Assembly: GCA_046313635.1 (NCBI GenBank)
Contig: JBKBYA010000001.1
Span: 1 to 64,000 of the forward strand
From: Pyrinomonadaceae bacterium
Lineage (GTDB): Bacteria; Acidobacteriota; Blastocatellia; Pyrinomonadales; Pyrinomonadaceae
Direction of reading: 5' to 3'
DNA length: 64,000 bases
Translations under genes and position numbers: made by a program
Notes under the pieces: generated by a model
The model's input: only the letters and a program-made list of their open reading frames with translations
Told to the model about the DNA's origin: nothing
Databases searched by the model: none
Part shown: positions 63,101 to 64,000 of the stretch, piece by piece
Position numbering within the stretch: position 1 is the first letter of the stretch
Layout: every line of letters begins with the position of its first letter

Positions 63101-63388
63101 CGTGCATTCTACTCCGAGCAGTTTGCCCGCGTCGCCGCCGCGCTCGCCAAGCAGACCTTTAACGAAAAGAACTGGTCGGCCGCGGTCAAATACGCGAACG
63201 AGGTGCTCAAGGACGACCCTTACCGCGAGGACATGCACCGCCTCATCATGAAAACCCTCGCCGCCCAATCAAAACCCGCCGCCGTCAAAAAACACTTTGC
63301 CGAGCTAGAGTCGCTCCTCAAAAAAGACCTCGGCGTCGACCCCGCCCCCGAAACCCGCCGCCTGATGCAGGAACTCGCGTCGCAGTAG
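60107..63388 (+). CDS. Transcriptional activator: MalT-like STAND NTPase + TPR + C-terminal SARP module (wHTH + BTAD)
   Basis: RTKLLPP, ADAGCGKTT, ILVLDDYH, THGWITALQL, YRFHPLF; TPR helices; VRVLGP...FWP...ISHIRKAL...LYRGEF...DPYRE...LGVDPAPET. Confidence 0.9.
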   Translation: MTQPMQRSSFFLRTKLLPPRAVTELLDRPRLTDRLQANLDAPITLVAADAGCGKTTLIADFIRRQTRPSVWYQLDHTDADPVVFLTYVAHGIKNQFPDFGDAVLAYLSEANEELLRYPERGADVLLNDLLESVEQPFILVLDDYHHIGRETVVHKLVDRLLQYSSDLMHLIVTTRDLPPLAIMRRRAQSAALVISRGDLLFTDDEVRALFERTLGVELRDEEIAEYRDRTHGWITALQLVRQVAQQNMHTAGGEPARPDLHEVLRQSERDIFDYFAEEVLSREPAETQHLLLYLSLLETLQLDICSRVFPDLRCSASLPELAQKNVFLTVAGDGGSAEEYRFHPLFRDFLRRRLRSEIGQARVAEQRVRIAEYFIEQKQWEAAMPYLLAAPAYDRAAEIIAATGGEWIAAGAFTSLGLFADQVPQEHLEKYPQALLHRAEVARLQGEIERSSKLLHRAVALLGESGDRASEAEALHSLASLARRRGRFSEAFELLERAETLVSPESETYLKCANTRGLCLIVKGDLAGAEQQFRLALEIAERQSNERYIRLVTHNLALAPGLRGDFGEALRWFKRIFRTGQPEKPLPQEAIGHLNVARLHLYRGELAETERHLHKALDLCQLYNLKFLLGEILEAFGNFYRERKDFAHAEEYYERAAAAYDEAEIDISTKELNEERGTFYLERGDLARARRILESLVAVRERQGSELGVETARLRLLQVDLAEKKFDGLADTIAELAESFRLHNQYYYEAQASLLLAETYFETEQTPLVGEPLQRALDLSARFDYDYWLRGEIRRHPRIFLSEDIFEKLPPDLREELAARPAAAVVDVSISQPTTAAELLTDLTVRVLGPVEIFRDPTAPFAADAWTTRRARDIFCYIATSKHRRVAKDVLIEAFWPGEDPAVIEKNFHPTISHIRKALNSRQPFKQNFILFRDGAYQLNPELSYSIDSEEFERHIADAEAAKREKDQAALRSALELAYRLYRGEFMSGVYDDWAEERRAFYSEQFARVAAALAKQTFNEKNWSAAVKYANEVLKDDPYREDMHRLIMKTLAAQSKPAAVKKHFAELESLLKKDLGVDPAPETRRLMQELASQ

Positions 63389-63420
63389 AGATCGGACGAC
63401 GTCCGTAAAGCGGACGACGT

Positions 63421-63550
63421 CCGGCACGCGGACGCCCCCGTCCGCATTGAGCGTCGCCCCGACGCGAACGGGGCGTGGGTATTGTCGGCCCATCGTCCGG
63501 CGCCGGCTTCGGGCCTTGATCTCATTGCGGACGAGGGCGTCCGCGCTCCG
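63421..63550. repeat. REP/REPIN-like inverted doublet
   Basis: cggcacgcggacgcccccgtccgcattgag pairs with ctcattgcggacgagggcgtccgcgctccg; each arm is itself a hairpin. Confidence 0.7.
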
Positions 63551-63555
63551 ATCGG

Positions 63556-63621
63556 CTCAAGTCCTCCTCAAGCGCCTCTAGTTCACCGCTCAAGTATTTC
63601 TCAAAGCCCATTAATTAGTAT
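63556..63621 (+). promoter_or_regulatory. Promoter with four SARP-type direct repeats
   Basis: CTCAAG at 63556, 63567, 63589 and CTCAAA at 63600 (spacing 11/22/11); TAGTAT at 63616, 8 bp after the last heptamer. Confidence 0.72.
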
Positions 63622-63665
63622 CGCGGCAATTGGTCCCAATCAATTTTTGTTAGGGGAGAAATGCC

Positions 63666-64000
63666 GTGAAAAACGAATCTACGAGTACTTTGAGAAAGAT
63701 CTTTTGTCTGCTGCTTATGTTTGCGGTGAGCGGCGTGTGGACGTTTGGCGGGCTGCCGATGCTGAGCGGGGCACGCCAGGCGTCGGCTGCCGCCGCGCCC
63801 GCCGTGCCGCAGGCCCCGAAACTGAGCCCGTCCTTTGAGACCGGCCTTGCCGGCGTGTCTGACGAAACGCCGGTCGGGATGGCGATCGTGTCTTTTAACA
63901 CCACCAACGGGCTGCAGGAGTCGCACCTCGACATTCTTCGCAGTGTCGGTGTGGTCGGCGGACAGACGTTCCCGACGCTCGGGATGGTCGCCCAGCCGAT
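63666..64000 (+). CDS. Secreted protein, 5' part only; probable second S8 peptidase (prodomain); absent from ORF track
   Basis: GTG start after GGGGAG; MKNESTSTLRKIFCLLLMFAV...HLDILRSVGVVGGQTFPTLGMV resembles DLDQLRSIGILGGTRMKVLPMV of the 55159-58125 prodomain. Confidence 0.68.
   Translation, partial: MKNESTSTLRKIFCLLLMFAVSGVWTFGGLPMLSGARQASAAAAPAVPQAPKLSPSFETGLAGVSDETPVGMAIVSFNTTNGLQESHLDILRSVGVVGGQTFPTLGMVAQP

Noticed and set aside
59244..63388. Avs-type antiphage STAND defence system
   Set aside because: The effector is a SARP transcription module, not a nuclease or other toxic domain, and the context shows activator-type promoters

Overview
GC-rich bacterial chromosomal segment, probably Acidobacteriota (Blastocatellia-like). 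This is inferred from the GWxTD protein, the acidobacterial-type VWA protein and the M36 peptidase with a DFDGDGKTD tail. Housekeeping content: gyrB-recF, mnmG-parA-parB-selD-tatBC, mnmA, ttcA, aat, galE, cdaA-cdaR, a FadR-like/fadD pair and tRNA-Ser(TGA). Main observations: (1) a candidate self-contained regulon at 55-64 kb. It has a STAND-NTPase/TPR/SARP activator, a short NTPase-only paralog, three promoters with TCAAG direct repeats at 11-bp phasing lying 8 bp from a TAnnnT -10, a secreted S8 peptidase with 19 perfect GITLTGAD octapeptides, and a probable second S8 paralog. (2) About ten short-period (7/8/9-nt) repeat elements, most arranged as inverted arms. Two enclose GxxExxY nuclease-like genes, two are in-frame inside genes, and one sits at almost every junction of a polyamine operon. 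(3) selD with an in-frame UGA (selenocysteine) and a SECIS-like hairpin. (4) parS-like palindromes with swapped half-sites. All calls are by eye; no database searches were run.
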